From positions 2,157 to 66,156 of IMG/VR virus record IMGVR_UViG_3300033172_000001: a DNA stretch of 64,000 nucleotides; one strand, given 5' to 3'. Made by a program: the position numbers and the translations under genes. This document shows, piece after piece, positions 18,084 to 27,576 of the stretch (position 1 is the stretch's first letter; each line of letters begins with the position of its first letter). The notes beneath the pieces were generated by a model. That model ran no database searches. It saw nothing but the letters and a program-made list of their open reading frames with translations, and was not told the origin of the DNA. Source of the DNA: a virus. Taxonomy: Duplodnaviria > Caudoviricetes.

Positions 18084-19100
18084 ATGGAAAATATCATGAT
18101 TAGTTCAAGAGACTTGTATTTTATGAACCTTTTGTCTTTAAGAATGGAAATCAAGAAAACCCGTTCTGGTGTGTGGAACTGTAAATGTGCTTTTGGGTGC
18201 GACAATAAAAATAGAAAAAAACGAATGTTCTTTCTTTTAAGAGATTCGTATATAACTGTTTATTGTCACGATTGTGGATATTCAAGAAAACTCAAAGGAT
18301 TCCTTGAAGACAAATTTCCAGAATTAATTGAAGAATATAATTTTTATGGGTTTAAACCTCCTCTTAAAAAAGAAAACATTGCAGAAAAGCTTTTAAATAT
18401 TTTGGATGAATCTCAAAATAAAAATTCACAAACATACATTCATGATTCAGAATTATTCAAAATAACAAAAAGTTTCAATGATCTAAAAGATTCTCATCCA
18501 GCAAAAAAGTACACCAAGAAAAGATTAATCCCATTTGACCAAGTAAGATATTGTGCGAATTTGAAAAAACTACATGAACGTTTGTTCAATGAAGAATCAA
18601 AATTTTTGCCTGTTCCTTGTTTAGTCATTCCATTTTTCAGAAAGTCAGGTAATATTGAAATTCTTCAAGCAAGAATGTTTGATCCAAAATTAAAACCCAA
18701 ATACCTAACATTAAAATTGAATCCAGAAGCAGAAAAAATTTATAATCAAGATTTTGTTGAATATTCTGAAGACGTGTTTATTCTTGAAGGGCCGATTGAT
18801 TCTATGTTTGTTCCTAACGCAATCGCAATGGCAGGTTCAGACGCTTCTCCGTCAATTCCCGGAAAATACATTTGGGTATTTGACAATGAACCCGGCAATA
18901 AAGAAATTGTTCACAAAATGAACAAAAAGATTGATGCAGGAGAAAGAATCGTTATTTGGCGCAAAGAAGACAATTTCAAAGATATTAATGATGGTTTAGT
19001 TAAAAAAATGTTTGACACCGCCGAAATTTTTGATATACTAAAAATGAGAACTCAACATGGCATTAAAGCTAAACTAGAAATCGCAAAATGGAGGAAATAA
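18084..19100 (+). CDS. 61: DNA primase gp61
   Basis: N-terminal zinc finger (NCKCAFGC...YCHDCG), IPFF, QAR, ILEGPIDSMF, VFDNEP, KDIND. Confidence 0.92.
   Translation: MENIMISSRDLYFMNLLSLRMEIKKTRSGVWNCKCAFGCDNKNRKKRMFFLLRDSYITVYCHDCGYSRKLKGFLEDKFPELIEEYNFYGFKPPLKKENIAEKLLNILDESQNKNSQTYIHDSELFKITKSFNDLKDSHPAKKYTKKRLIPFDQVRYCANLKKLHERLFNEESKFLPVPCLVIPFFRKSGNIEILQARMFDPKLKPKYLTLKLNPEAEKIYNQDFVEYSEDVFILEGPIDSMFVPNAIAMAGSDASPSIPGKYIWVFDNEPGNKEIVHKMNKKIDAGERIVIWRKEDNFKDINDGLVKKMFDTAEIFDILKMRTQHGIKAKLEIAKWRK
19044..19097 (+). repeat. Primase 3' end (18 codons), duplicated at 19873-19926
   Basis: MRTQHGIKAKLEIAKWRK versus MRFQHGIKAKLEITKWRK at the DNA level. Confidence 0.9.
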
Positions 19101-19101
19101 T

Positions 19102-19866
19102 ATGGATGCTTACGAACACGGGTTCGTCGTAAAATCTCAGAAGGAACTTGAGGAGCTTATGGGTCCTCCCGACAGATACGGTTGGGGTAATCCAAAAGAC
19201 GAGTTTGCTGACGCTTTCACCGTCGAAATGATGAAGTACATCGGAAGACCTTCCTTTGAGAAACCCCTTGTATTTAATGACGTAAAAGAAAGAGGCATTA
19301 AGGTGAGGGGGGCGTGGGGGTGGAACTTCGATACCCGATGGGTCCATGAACTCAAGCGGTGTACGTTTGAGGAGCTGGTCAAGTTGAATGTTCCCTTCGA
19401 CAAGGTGTATGCCGTGTGCGTACCTAGCGACATCGGGTATCGTATCTCGATGCGGGCTGGGTTAACCAAAGACGATATTGATCTTGTGCCACTTGAATTA
19501 GCCGTTGCTCTTAGGAACACCGTGGTCCCTGATCACTCCTTCGTCTACCTCATCTCTGAGGTGGTAGACACTATCGATTACCTCGGGCACTTGTGGCTGC
19601 CTAACGAGCTTGAGGTACTCTACGTCGAGCCCGCCAAGACTACCGAAGTGCCTGCGGAAAAGTACATCGAGAAGTACAAAGGCAAGGGTGTGTCTTATCG
19701 TATTCTCACGTATCCTAATATGGCCGGGGTTGAGTACGTGGATATGTCGATCTTCGACAAAACCTACAAGATTGACGATAACAGCCCCTCCTCTTTTGTG
19801 ATTTTTGCAGACCGATACGTAATTCCTCTTGGTTGCATTTGGGTCAAGGTAAAGATGGAAGTATGA
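19102..19866 (+). CDS. Hypothetical protein with foreign, GC-richer composition
   Basis: Flanked by the duplicated primase end; N-terminus resembles ORF 45521-45661. Confidence 0.65.
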   Translation: MDAYEHGFVVKSQKELEELMGPPDRYGWGNPKDEFADAFTVEMMKYIGRPSFEKPLVFNDVKERGIKVRGAWGWNFDTRWVHELKRCTFEELVKLNVPFDKVYAVCVPSDIGYRISMRAGLTKDDIDLVPLELAVALRNTVVPDHSFVYLISEVVDTIDYLGHLWLPNELEVLYVEPAKTTEVPAEKYIEKYKGKGVSYRILTYPNMAGVEYVDMSIFDKTYKIDDNSPSSFVIFADRYVIPLGCIWVKVKMEV

Positions 19867-19916
19867 GTGGCGATGAGATTTCAACATGGCATTAAAGCCA
19901 AGCTAGAAATCACAAA

Positions 19917-20288
19917 ATGGAGAAAATGAAAATGAAGTCATCCCAGTCAGAAATCAATGAATGTGATGAAAAGGTAACAATCCTTTTGAAACGATTGGAA
20001 AGGGATTATTTAAATACAAAACGTTCTCTCAACAAAGAACATTATATAGAGGTGTTTCTTATAAAAATTAACTACAAATCTGGAATTAGTGAATATTTTT
20101 GGTGTACAGATTTTGAATGTAAATACTCCGGTAGTGGTGCCGTTACTTCTATAAGATGGAATCAGTTGTTTGATAGCTATCATCCAATTCATGTTGGAGT
20201 TGACAACATTGAATCCATTTTTGTTACTGATCGGGCCGCGCTTCCAAAAGAAACGATTGATCTTATTGAGAATCACGAAACTGAATAA
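19917..20288 (+). CDS. Hypothetical protein (FWCTDF family, paralog of 37147-37461)
   Basis: Shared F/Y-K-x-G-x-S-x-x-FWCTDF...W...D-x-I-x-S-I. Confidence 0.55.
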   Translation: MEKMKMKSSQSEINECDEKVTILLKRLERDYLNTKRSLNKEHYIEVFLIKINYKSGISEYFWCTDFECKYSGSGAVTSIRWNQLFDSYHPIHVGVDNIESIFVTDRAALPKETIDLIENHETE

Positions 20289-20303
20289 AAGGAGAACAAG
20301 ATT

Positions 20304-20576
20304 ATGAGCCTCAAAAACCGAATTTTTCACAAGAAAGGAAACATCGCTATCTTTGTATTGTCTTTTTTTGTGTATGCCGCTGTCCGAAGTGCTTTCAATA
20401 TAAACCCGAATGATATCATCGTTGTTTTTCCGATTGTGTGGATTGCTGTTTGGATTAAATGCATGGCCTTTGTTGTTACGTTTTATGTTTTTGACCGTGT
20501 TTGGGAACTTCTCAAAAAAGAATTCAAGGAAGTTATCGTTGACACAAATAATGAAAACAAGAAAGGGGGAAGCTGA
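20304..20576 (+). CDS. Small membrane protein
   Basis: Two hydrophobic segments. Confidence 0.5.
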   Translation: MSLKNRIFHKKGNIAIFVLSFFVYAAVRSAFNINPNDIIVVFPIVWIAVWIKCMAFVVTFYVFDRVWELLKKEFKEVIVDTNNENKKGGS

Positions 20577-20577
20577 A

Positions 20578-20823
20578 ATGACACTGAAAAACTTTCTGGT
20601 TAATAAGAAAATTAATATTGTAATTTTTGTTTTTGCTCTTATGGCTTCTGCTGGAGCAAAAACAAAATATGGAATTAATACTACTTCGGAGATGTGGGAT
20701 GTGTTTTTGACGAGATGGGCATCAGCTTGGATTCAGTGTATGCTTATTTCTTTTATTGGATATAAGATGTTTTCTTGGTTCAAGAATATCAAGAATAAAA
20801 AAGCATTCAAAGCCGAAAATTAA
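20578..20823 (+). CDS. Small membrane protein (resembles the preceding ORF)
   Basis: Two hydrophobic segments; W..WI.CM shared with 20304-20576. Confidence 0.45.
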   Translation: MTLKNFLVNKKINIVIFVFALMASAGAKTKYGINTTSEMWDVFLTRWASAWIQCMLISFIGYKMFSWFKNIKNKKAFKAEN

Positions 20824-20840
20824 ACAAGGACGAAATAATT

Positions 20841-21977
20841 ATGGATGATATTAAATTCACAAAGATTACTCTTTATAAGCGAGCAAAGAACAAAAAGGTT
20901 TCTGTATGGTCGTGTTGGGTTGAGGAAGAAAACGGCGTGTCTGTTATTTTTCGGGAGTCTGGGTATACAGATGGAAAAAAGACAGTAAAGAAGAAATACG
21001 TCCGAAAAGGAACGAATAAAGGAAAGAGCAACGAAAATTCTCCTTTTGAAAATGCTCTTTTCATGGCGAACAATCTTATCAAGGGCAAAATGGAAGAAAA
21101 TTTTGTCAACAATATTCTTGATGTTGATCTTCCGCCTAAGTTTCTTTATCCTGCTCTTGCTATCAGTGACACGAAAAAGGCAAAGTATCCATGTTTCGTC
21201 CAGCCTAAGTTGAATGGGGCTAGGGCTGTTTCATTCAGACATTTGAAAGATAATCGTCTTCTTTCGCGGAACAGGAAAGAATTTGCAGGAGTTGATCATA
21301 TCACGGAATCTTTGTTTTTGTTTGACGGTTTTTCTCCTGACGGGGAAATTTACAAGCACGGGCTGTCTTTTCAGCAACTTATTTCATTGATGAAGAAAGA
21401 ATATAAAGAAGGAGAGAATGAGAATTATAAAAATCTTTCGTCAATTGATCTTGAATATCATGTGTATGATCTTGCTATTCCAGATAAAACCTATCTTGAA
21501 CGAAAAGAAATTCTTGATAATATAATCCCTGATGAACATCCGATTATCAAGCAAGTGGAAACGGTTCAAGTGAATTCGTTTGATGAAGTAAAGAAATATC
21601 ATGATAAGTGGGTTGCCGAAGGATACGAAGGCATAATTATTCGGAACAAAGATGAAAAATATGCCTTTAATGATCGGAATAAGTCTCTCATTAAATATAA
21701 AGAATTCCAAGATGAAGAGTTTGAAATTGTTGGCTATGAAATTGAAGAATACGACGATTCTTTGAATAACCAAATGCTTGAATTGGTTATTTGGAAATGC
21801 AAAGCTGGAAACGAAACATTCAATGTTCGACCTGTTGGATCGGTAATTGATCGTGCTGCGGCTCTCAAGACAGCGGATGAACAAATTGGCAAAATGTATA
21901 CTGTCAGATTTCAAGAGAAGTCTAAAGACAGGGTGCCCATCTTTCCAACAGGATTAGGAGTTCGTGACTATGAATGA
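20841..21977 (+). CDS. ATP-dependent DNA ligase
   Basis: QPKLNGAR (motif I, KxNG variant), DGEIY, YHVYD, GYEGIIIR, LIKYK, TVRFQ...PIFP. Confidence 0.9.
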   Translation: MDDIKFTKITLYKRAKNKKVSVWSCWVEEENGVSVIFRESGYTDGKKTVKKKYVRKGTNKGKSNENSPFENALFMANNLIKGKMEENFVNNILDVDLPPKFLYPALAISDTKKAKYPCFVQPKLNGARAVSFRHLKDNRLLSRNRKEFAGVDHITESLFLFDGFSPDGEIYKHGLSFQQLISLMKKEYKEGENENYKNLSSIDLEYHVYDLAIPDKTYLERKEILDNIIPDEHPIIKQVETVQVNSFDEVKKYHDKWVAEGYEGIIIRNKDEKYAFNDRNKSLIKYKEFQDEEFEIVGYEIEEYDDSLNNQMLELVIWKCKAGNETFNVRPVGSVIDRAAALKTADEQIGKMYTVRFQEKSKDRVPIFPTGLGVRDYE

Positions 21978-22099
21978 ACCAAACTTCCAGACAGAGGTCG
22001 AGAAGGTTTATTTCTTCGAGCCTTTGAAAAAAGAAATATCCGTTGAGAATATGCAGAAGATTGTGGATACAAACGAGAAATTAGTTAAGGATTTGAAAG

Positions 22100-22891
22100 A
22101 TGGAAATAAATAAAATCTACAATGAGAATTGCCTTGATACTATGGCAATGATGCCCGATGGTTTTGTTGATTTAATTGTGACAAGTCCTCCTTATGATAA
22201 TTTGCGAGATTATAAAGGGTATTCTTTTCCCTTTGAAGAAATTGCAAAAGAATTATTCAGGGTTACAAAAACTGGTGGTGTTGTTGTTTGGATAGTAGCA
22301 GATGAAACAAAGAAATTTTGCGAATCATTAAGCTCTTTTAAACAAGCAATCTTCTTTGTAGAACATTGTGGCTTTAATCTGCTTGATACGATGATTTATC
22401 ATAAAAGCAATTATGCACCAGCATATCCAACATTAAGAAGATACGCCAATACTTTTGAATATATGTTCATTCTAAGCAAGGGTAAACCAAAAACATTTAA
22501 CCCAATCCAACAAGAGAAGGTTCTTAAAAATTACAGGGGGAAAAAATCGTCTTTTAGGCAAAAAGACGGGTCACTATTATCAAAGGTCATTGATTGTGAC
22601 AGGAAAACGAAAGATGCTGAAAATGTATGGACATTATGCCCAACAAAATCAAAAGATGCGGGAAATCATCCTGCCGTGTTCCCAGAACAATTAGCAAACG
22701 ACCACATAATATCATGGTCAAACGAAAATGATATTGTTTATGACCCCTTTATGGGTTCTGGGACAACCGCAAAGATGGCTATCCTAAACAAGCGTAATTG
22801 GATAGGAAGTGAAATGGCAGAAGAATATTGTAAAATTGCAGAGAGGCGAATAAATGATCTTCCTTACTGGATTAAGAATCAGGGAATATGA
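22100..22891 (+). CDS. N4-C/N6-A DNA methyltransferase (beta class)
   Basis: TSPPY, HPAVFP, DPFMGSGTT. Confidence 0.92.
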   Translation: MEINKIYNENCLDTMAMMPDGFVDLIVTSPPYDNLRDYKGYSFPFEEIAKELFRVTKTGGVVVWIVADETKKFCESLSSFKQAIFFVEHCGFNLLDTMIYHKSNYAPAYPTLRRYANTFEYMFILSKGKPKTFNPIQQEKVLKNYRGKKSSFRQKDGSLLSKVIDCDRKTKDAENVWTLCPTKSKDAGNHPAVFPEQLANDHIISWSNENDIVYDPFMGSGTTAKMAILNKRNWIGSEMAEEYCKIAERRINDLPYWIKNQGI

Positions 22892-23080
22892 ATAATTTTT
22901 TGAATTCGGCCGCACCAAGAATCGTTGGTGTTATCGGGGTTGTTATCGGAGTTGTTACTTTGATTGGTATAATGAAATGGATTTTTGATGATGTATTCAG
23001 CACAGCACTGATTACCCTTGTTATAATACAATGGTTTATCATATCCTTCATTATAGAATAGAGGAACGAAAGGAGAACGA

Positions 23081-23344
23081 ATGTCAGACGTAAAATGTTT
23101 TATTTTTGACCATGATAGGAAAGTCAGATATGATCAAAACAAGTACGACAAAGAATATTGGGTTTCTCATGAAAACGGTGTAAATGTTGGAGACGTACGG
23201 GTTTTTAATCATACGCTTCATTTTGTATGGTCAGTTGAAAAAAGACGTTGGCCGAGAAAAAATAAAGTAAGATGGAAGCCCGTTCTAAAACTTCATCTAA
23301 AATACGTTTTTGACACTATCGGGGAAGAATATGGATTGGTTTGA
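23081..23344 (+). CDS. Hypothetical protein
   Basis: AGGAG RBS. Confidence 0.5.
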   Translation: MSDVKCFIFDHDRKVRYDQNKYDKEYWVSHENGVNVGDVRVFNHTLHFVWSVEKRRWPRKNKVRWKPVLKLHLKYVFDTIGEEYGLV

Positions 23345-23717
23345 AAAACAAATTGTCGGTCCTTTGCGCGAAATCGCTAAAAATTGGGGAGGCAAAAGAT
23401 CGTCATTGTGGAATGATGTGCGAAAAGAACACTTGAAAAAGTTTCCTGCATGTGCTATATGTGGAAGGGAAGATGTTCAGATGAATGTTCATCATATTCA
23501 TCCATTTCATGTTCGTCCTGATTTGGAGCTTGCTCCCGACAATCTTATAACGCTTTGTCGGGATCATCATTTTGATTTTGGTCATCTGCGAATGTGGAAA
23601 TCATGGAATGTGAATATCAGAGAAGACGCCTTGATATGGAGCAATCGTTTTAAAAATCGTCTGGATCAAAAGAGGATTATTTCAATCTTGGACATAAAGA
23701 CTGAGGAGAAAATATGA
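23331..23717 (+). CDS. HNH endonuclease
   Basis: CAICG...VHHIHP...NLITLCRDHH. Confidence 0.85.
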   Translation: MDWFEKQIVGPLREIAKNWGGKRSSLWNDVRKEHLKKFPACAICGREDVQMNVHHIHPFHVRPDLELAPDNLITLCRDHHFDFGHLRMWKSWNVNIREDALIWSNRFKNRLDQKRIISILDIKTEEKI

Positions 23718-24166
23718 AAAAAGTATTTGATATTGAAACGCTGTCAATGATTGAAGTGCCTGAAGATTATATTAGATGTTCAATTTGTAAAAAGTGGAAG
23801 CCGCCTGTTGAATATTGTCGGAACAAGGACGGGAAGCAGACACGGACCAACTGTGAATCGTGTTATATGATGGATTTTGATGAAATGAAAAGACTAGGAA
23901 GCGCAACAAAAAAGATTCTTTATTCTGAAAAAGCTCAGCGTATTTTGAAAGAAGAAGCAGACAAACAAGCGTATTACGAAAATTCCGTTCCAGTTGAAAC
24001 GATGATTGAATATCTTCAATCACTCCCTAAAAATTCTCGTTTGTTTGTCGAGCAGTCGGGATATTATGCAGAAGGAAAGTTTGGATATGTAGAATATCCT
24101 ATTTTTAAAAAATCATTTGATGATATTCCATATTACTGTATAGGGTTTTCTTCCCAAGAAGCATAA
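23714..24166 (+). CDS. Hypothetical protein with CxxC pairs
   Basis: CSICK...CESC. Confidence 0.5.
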   Translation: MKKVFDIETLSMIEVPEDYIRCSICKKWKPPVEYCRNKDGKQTRTNCESCYMMDFDEMKRLGSATKKILYSEKAQRILKEEADKQAYYENSVPVETMIEYLQSLPKNSRLFVEQSGYYAEGKFGYVEYPIFKKSFDDIPYYCIGFSSQEA

Positions 24167-24339
24167 AAGGAGCATATTTGAAACAACGAATTTTTATAGA
24201 GTCAAGGTTCAGTATCCAGATTCAGACAAATACTGGCTAGGAGCCAAATTCAGTTCAAGAGAAAAAGCAGAGAGGCATTCCGAGACTATTAGGAATGCCT
24301 CTGTTGTAATGTGTGTACCAATCAATACTAGGAGACGAA

Positions 24340-24888
24340 ATGAAGGCGATTATTATCGTTAATGGCTATCCAAGGGCCGGCAAGGATACATTCATTGATT
24401 ACTGTGAGTCTTACTTTTACCAATTGCCATTTAGAGCTAATTTTTTCTTTGAAAGGCATTCAACCGTTGATACAGTGAAAGACATTGCCAAGAAAATGGG
24501 GTGGAACGGAGAGAAAACCCCTGAAATGCGAAATATGCTTTCAGAGTTGAAGGATCTCTATACCAAATATTTCAATGGTCCTTTGAATGAAATCAAAGAT
24601 GCCATGAATTATGGTCTGGCTATTGACGTTGTTCTTTTCACTTGTATGCGTGAACCAGAAGAAATTAGAAAAACAGTTCAGTGGGCCGAAGAGAATGGTA
24701 TTAAATGGTTTACCGTTCTTGTTGTGAATCCAAACAAAGAAGAAAATTACCACATGTCCCATAGTGATGCTCAGGTGCTCGAATTTAATTATTCTCATGT
24801 CATTATGAATGATGGAGATCTTGGGGATTTGGCGGATAAAGCGTTGACTTTTTCCGAAAACGTTATTAAAATCTGTAATTTTAAGTGA
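24340..24888 (+). CDS. Deoxynucleoside monophosphate kinase-like protein
   Basis: NGYPRAGKDT P-loop, R..LSELKD, CMREPEE, H.SD. Confidence 0.7.
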   Translation: MKAIIIVNGYPRAGKDTFIDYCESYFYQLPFRANFFFERHSTVDTVKDIAKKMGWNGEKTPEMRNMLSELKDLYTKYFNGPLNEIKDAMNYGLAIDVVLFTCMREPEEIRKTVQWAEENGIKWFTVLVVNPNKEENYHMSHSDAQVLEFNYSHVIMNDGDLGDLADKALTFSENVIKICNFK

Positions 24889-25108
24889 AAATGAAGATTC
24901 ACAAAATCAAGAAATACAAAGATATTGCTGAAACAGATCATGAACCGGGTGATGTATTCAGGGTTCAAGAACGAGAACGGGCATGGCGATGGGTGGTTGC
25001 CGTGAAATATAATCGCATGTCTTTCGGGACGAAGAAAGAGGCCGTGGAATTTTCTGAAAACTGGAGGAAATTAAACGAATAAAATTTCATTTTTTCTTTG
25101 AAAAAGTA

Positions 25109-25152
25109 TTGACGATTCTCGGTAAATCGTTTAATGTTTACTTGAAAGTTGA
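25109..25152 (+). promoter_or_regulatory. Early promoter, family copy 2
   Basis: TTGACG-17-TAATGT-5-TGAAAGTTGA. Confidence 0.75.
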
Positions 25153-25178
25153 GAGTGACTTGAGACAAACAAAAAATC

Positions 25179-25754
25179 ATGAGGTTACAAATGACTTTTT
25201 CAAGTAAAGCAAAAAAGAATGCAGCACTCAAAGACGTTTCCCGTGCTTTTGAAAAAAACGTTCATGATAAACTTCATCGCTTAACGCATGATTTAAGCAT
25301 TGAATGCCGCGACAAAGGCGACAAAGAAAACGAAGAACGTTATCATGAATTGTACTGGTCAATTCCTGATATTCACAACTGGCGCGAAAAACATTCCAAG
25401 ATGTTTGCTGAATTTGCCGAGATCGTTGAAGAGGCCGAAAGCCTCTTTGAAACACGAAAAGCAATCAAAGAAACTGAGGTTGCCCCGAAAGCTGAAAAGA
25501 CGGTTGATCCGCGTGAAGAAAAAGTTTACAAGTCAATTGCTGATGAAATGGAAGCCCGGAAGGCTTCTTATGTTCGCGGTCTCTCTCTTGCCGAGATTTT
25601 CGGCGGTCTCAATGTCACTGCTAACAGCCACATGGTTACAAACAGTCATGGTACTACTTTCCCCCGAACTTTCTTCTATCTGTTCGGGAAGTTGACTGCT
25701 CTGAATGTAATCATTGCGGTTCACGAAAAGTTGGAAAGCGAAAAAGAAGCCTGA
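25179..25754 (+). CDS. Early hypothetical protein
   Basis: ORF directly after the promoter. Confidence 0.6.
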   Translation: MRLQMTFSSKAKKNAALKDVSRAFEKNVHDKLHRLTHDLSIECRDKGDKENEERYHELYWSIPDIHNWREKHSKMFAEFAEIVEEAESLFETRKAIKETEVAPKAEKTVDPREEKVYKSIADEMEARKASYVRGLSLAEIFGGLNVTANSHMVTNSHGTTFPRTFFYLFGKLTALNVIIAVHEKLESEKEA

Positions 25755-25793
25755 AAAATGTCCTGAGCAAGACAAAAAACTGCTCTTTTTTTG

Positions 25794-25837
25794 TTTACAA
25801 GGATTTTAAAATCGTTTAATGTAGTTGTGAAAGTCAA
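25794..25837 (+). promoter_or_regulatory. Early promoter, family copy 3
   Basis: TTTACA-17-TAATGT-5-TGAAAGTCAA. Confidence 0.7.
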
Positions 25838-25867
25838 GTGAAGCTAATTCTAAAAGAGAGGTTGATC

Positions 25868-26221
25868 ATGAAGAAAGCAATCGTCGCCATCGTTACCACC
25901 GAGTCTGCCGAGTTCAAGACCTTTTTCGCCGGTCTTGTCAAGAAATATCACGAGCATTGCGACAAAGAAGGTTATACGATTCGTGATTTTCACTTTTTCA
26001 CCGAAGGTAAGCGATACATCAAAGTTTGCACCGGTATTGAAGAAACCAGTAAAGTCGGCTCTTCTTATTGCTTCATTGACAAGACCAACGGCAATGTTCT
26101 GAAACCGGCTTCTTGGTCTTCTCCTGCAAAACACGCTCGCGGCAATATTTTTGATGCCGACAACGGTCTTGATTGTTGTGGTCCTTACGGCGTTACTTAT
26201 CTTCGCGGAGGGAGTTATTGA
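25868..26221 (+). CDS. Conserved phage hypothetical protein
   Basis: YIKV...YCFIDK..G.VLKPASW..PAK.ARGNI, a pattern I recognise from diverse phages. Confidence 0.65.
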   Translation: MKKAIVAIVTTESAEFKTFFAGLVKKYHEHCDKEGYTIRDFHFFTEGKRYIKVCTGIEETSKVGSSYCFIDKTNGNVLKPASWSSPAKHARGNIFDADNGLDCCGPYGVTYLRGGSY

Positions 26222-26388
26222 AATGAAAGATGACCAGATTATTTTTGAACCCGGTGACATTCTCTGTTTTTATGGAAATGAGTATGAAGTCATTCAAGGA
26301 AACCCTAATGGTGAGCCAGAAATTATCGCTATGCAAGGAATTCACGAAACAAGTTTTTGGGTATTTCCCAGAAAAGAATTGAGTAAAC

Positions 26389-26781
26389 ATGAAAAAATTA
26401 AACAAAGAATACACGAATGATATTTTTTGGTGGAGCGTTTTCACCACTATGCAAACAGGAATTTTATGGCACTTGGTTTCTTCCGGTCCGTCATGGATAA
26501 TGAATATTGCTCTTGTGCTTGCCGCCATAACAATATTCTTTTCTGTGTCTTATTCAATTTCACTCTATGATTTTATCACGGACAATTATCCATCTAAATA
26601 TTCGTGGATTTCGTCTATGCCGATTACCATAAAAGGAGCTTTTGCTTTAACAAACGGCACTCTATGGTGCATGTATGGTTTCCCGATTATCGGAGTTCTT
26701 TTGTTCGTTTCTGCTTCTTTTAATATGTTTGTTCATCATGAAAAGCTGAAATTTCACAAAAAGATGGGATGGATTGAGTAA
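26389..26781 (+). CDS. Multi-pass membrane protein
   Basis: About four hydrophobic segments. Confidence 0.5.
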   Translation: MKKLNKEYTNDIFWWSVFTTMQTGILWHLVSSGPSWIMNIALVLAAITIFFSVSYSISLYDFITDNYPSKYSWISSMPITIKGAFALTNGTLWCMYGFPIIGVLLFVSASFNMFVHHEKLKFHKKMGWIE

Positions 26782-26869
26782 AAAACTCCGGGCGAAGGTT
26801 GATAAATACGTTCAAGTATTCAAATATTCAAATTTGAAACCTTTATCAACTTTTTCCGGAGAAAAAACA

Positions 26870-27352
26870 ATGAAAACAATTTATTTCGCTCTTTTTGTTG
26901 TGGGAGTTTTTTTAATTTCAGCATGTTCCTTCACACCAGGCAACCACGATCTCCAGGCCGGACACGAGAGTCAACCCACCGAAACCTTTGAGGAAGAATT
27001 TTCGCGGCCTCATGTTGCACAGATTGCTTATTCGTCCGAATCGGACGGCTCATGGACCGGGTGGAACAAGTTTTGGTTTGGCGCAGCCATCGGTGGGCAG
27101 GTCTTCGACGTAGTGTCCACGGACAGGGGTTTGGATCGAGGGTGCAAGGAGATGAACCCGCTGTTTGGCTCCAACCCGTCAACCGGCACTATTGTGGCGG
27201 CCAAGCTCGGCGTGCTGGCGCTGGCGTATGCGACCACAGAGTACTGGCTGCCTGAAGAATCAAGGCAATCTACGCGCAACTGGGTCTACAGCGCGCTGGG
27301 AGTGACCGGGCTCGCCGCGGGCGTGTGGAACTCGGCACAGGATTGCCAATGA
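26870..27352 (+). CDS. Putative lipoprotein (DUF5658-like membrane domain)
   Basis: Signal peptide with lipobox LISAC; D..ST..GL..G..EMNPLFG; GATAAATA late-type promoter at 26801. Confidence 0.55.
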   Translation: MKTIYFALFVVGVFLISACSFTPGNHDLQAGHESQPTETFEEEFSRPHVAQIAYSSESDGSWTGWNKFWFGAAIGGQVFDVVSTDRGLDRGCKEMNPLFGSNPSTGTIVAAKLGVLALAYATTEYWLPEESRQSTRNWVYSALGVTGLAAGVWNSAQDCQ

Positions 27353-27576
27353 TGCTGCACGATCAATTTTCACAACACAAGCAACACACAAACATGAATT
27401 AGAACACCGCAAAGGTTATGACGATCCTCCTCTCTTCGGATGGTTCTAAATTTCCCATAGGAATGACGAGGATTGTCTACCTTTTGATTTTTAATTAAAG
27501 TGCATACTCGAATATATGTTCACCAAAAAATTGATTGCAAGTCAAAATACAAACATATAAAGGAGAAAACCAAAAA

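Noticed and set aside
27410-27530. Cobalamin riboswitch or NrdR box upstream of nrdJ
   Set aside because: A hairpin (GACGATCCTC/GAGGATTGTC) is present, but I cannot find the conserved B12-box or a convincing NrdR palindrome.
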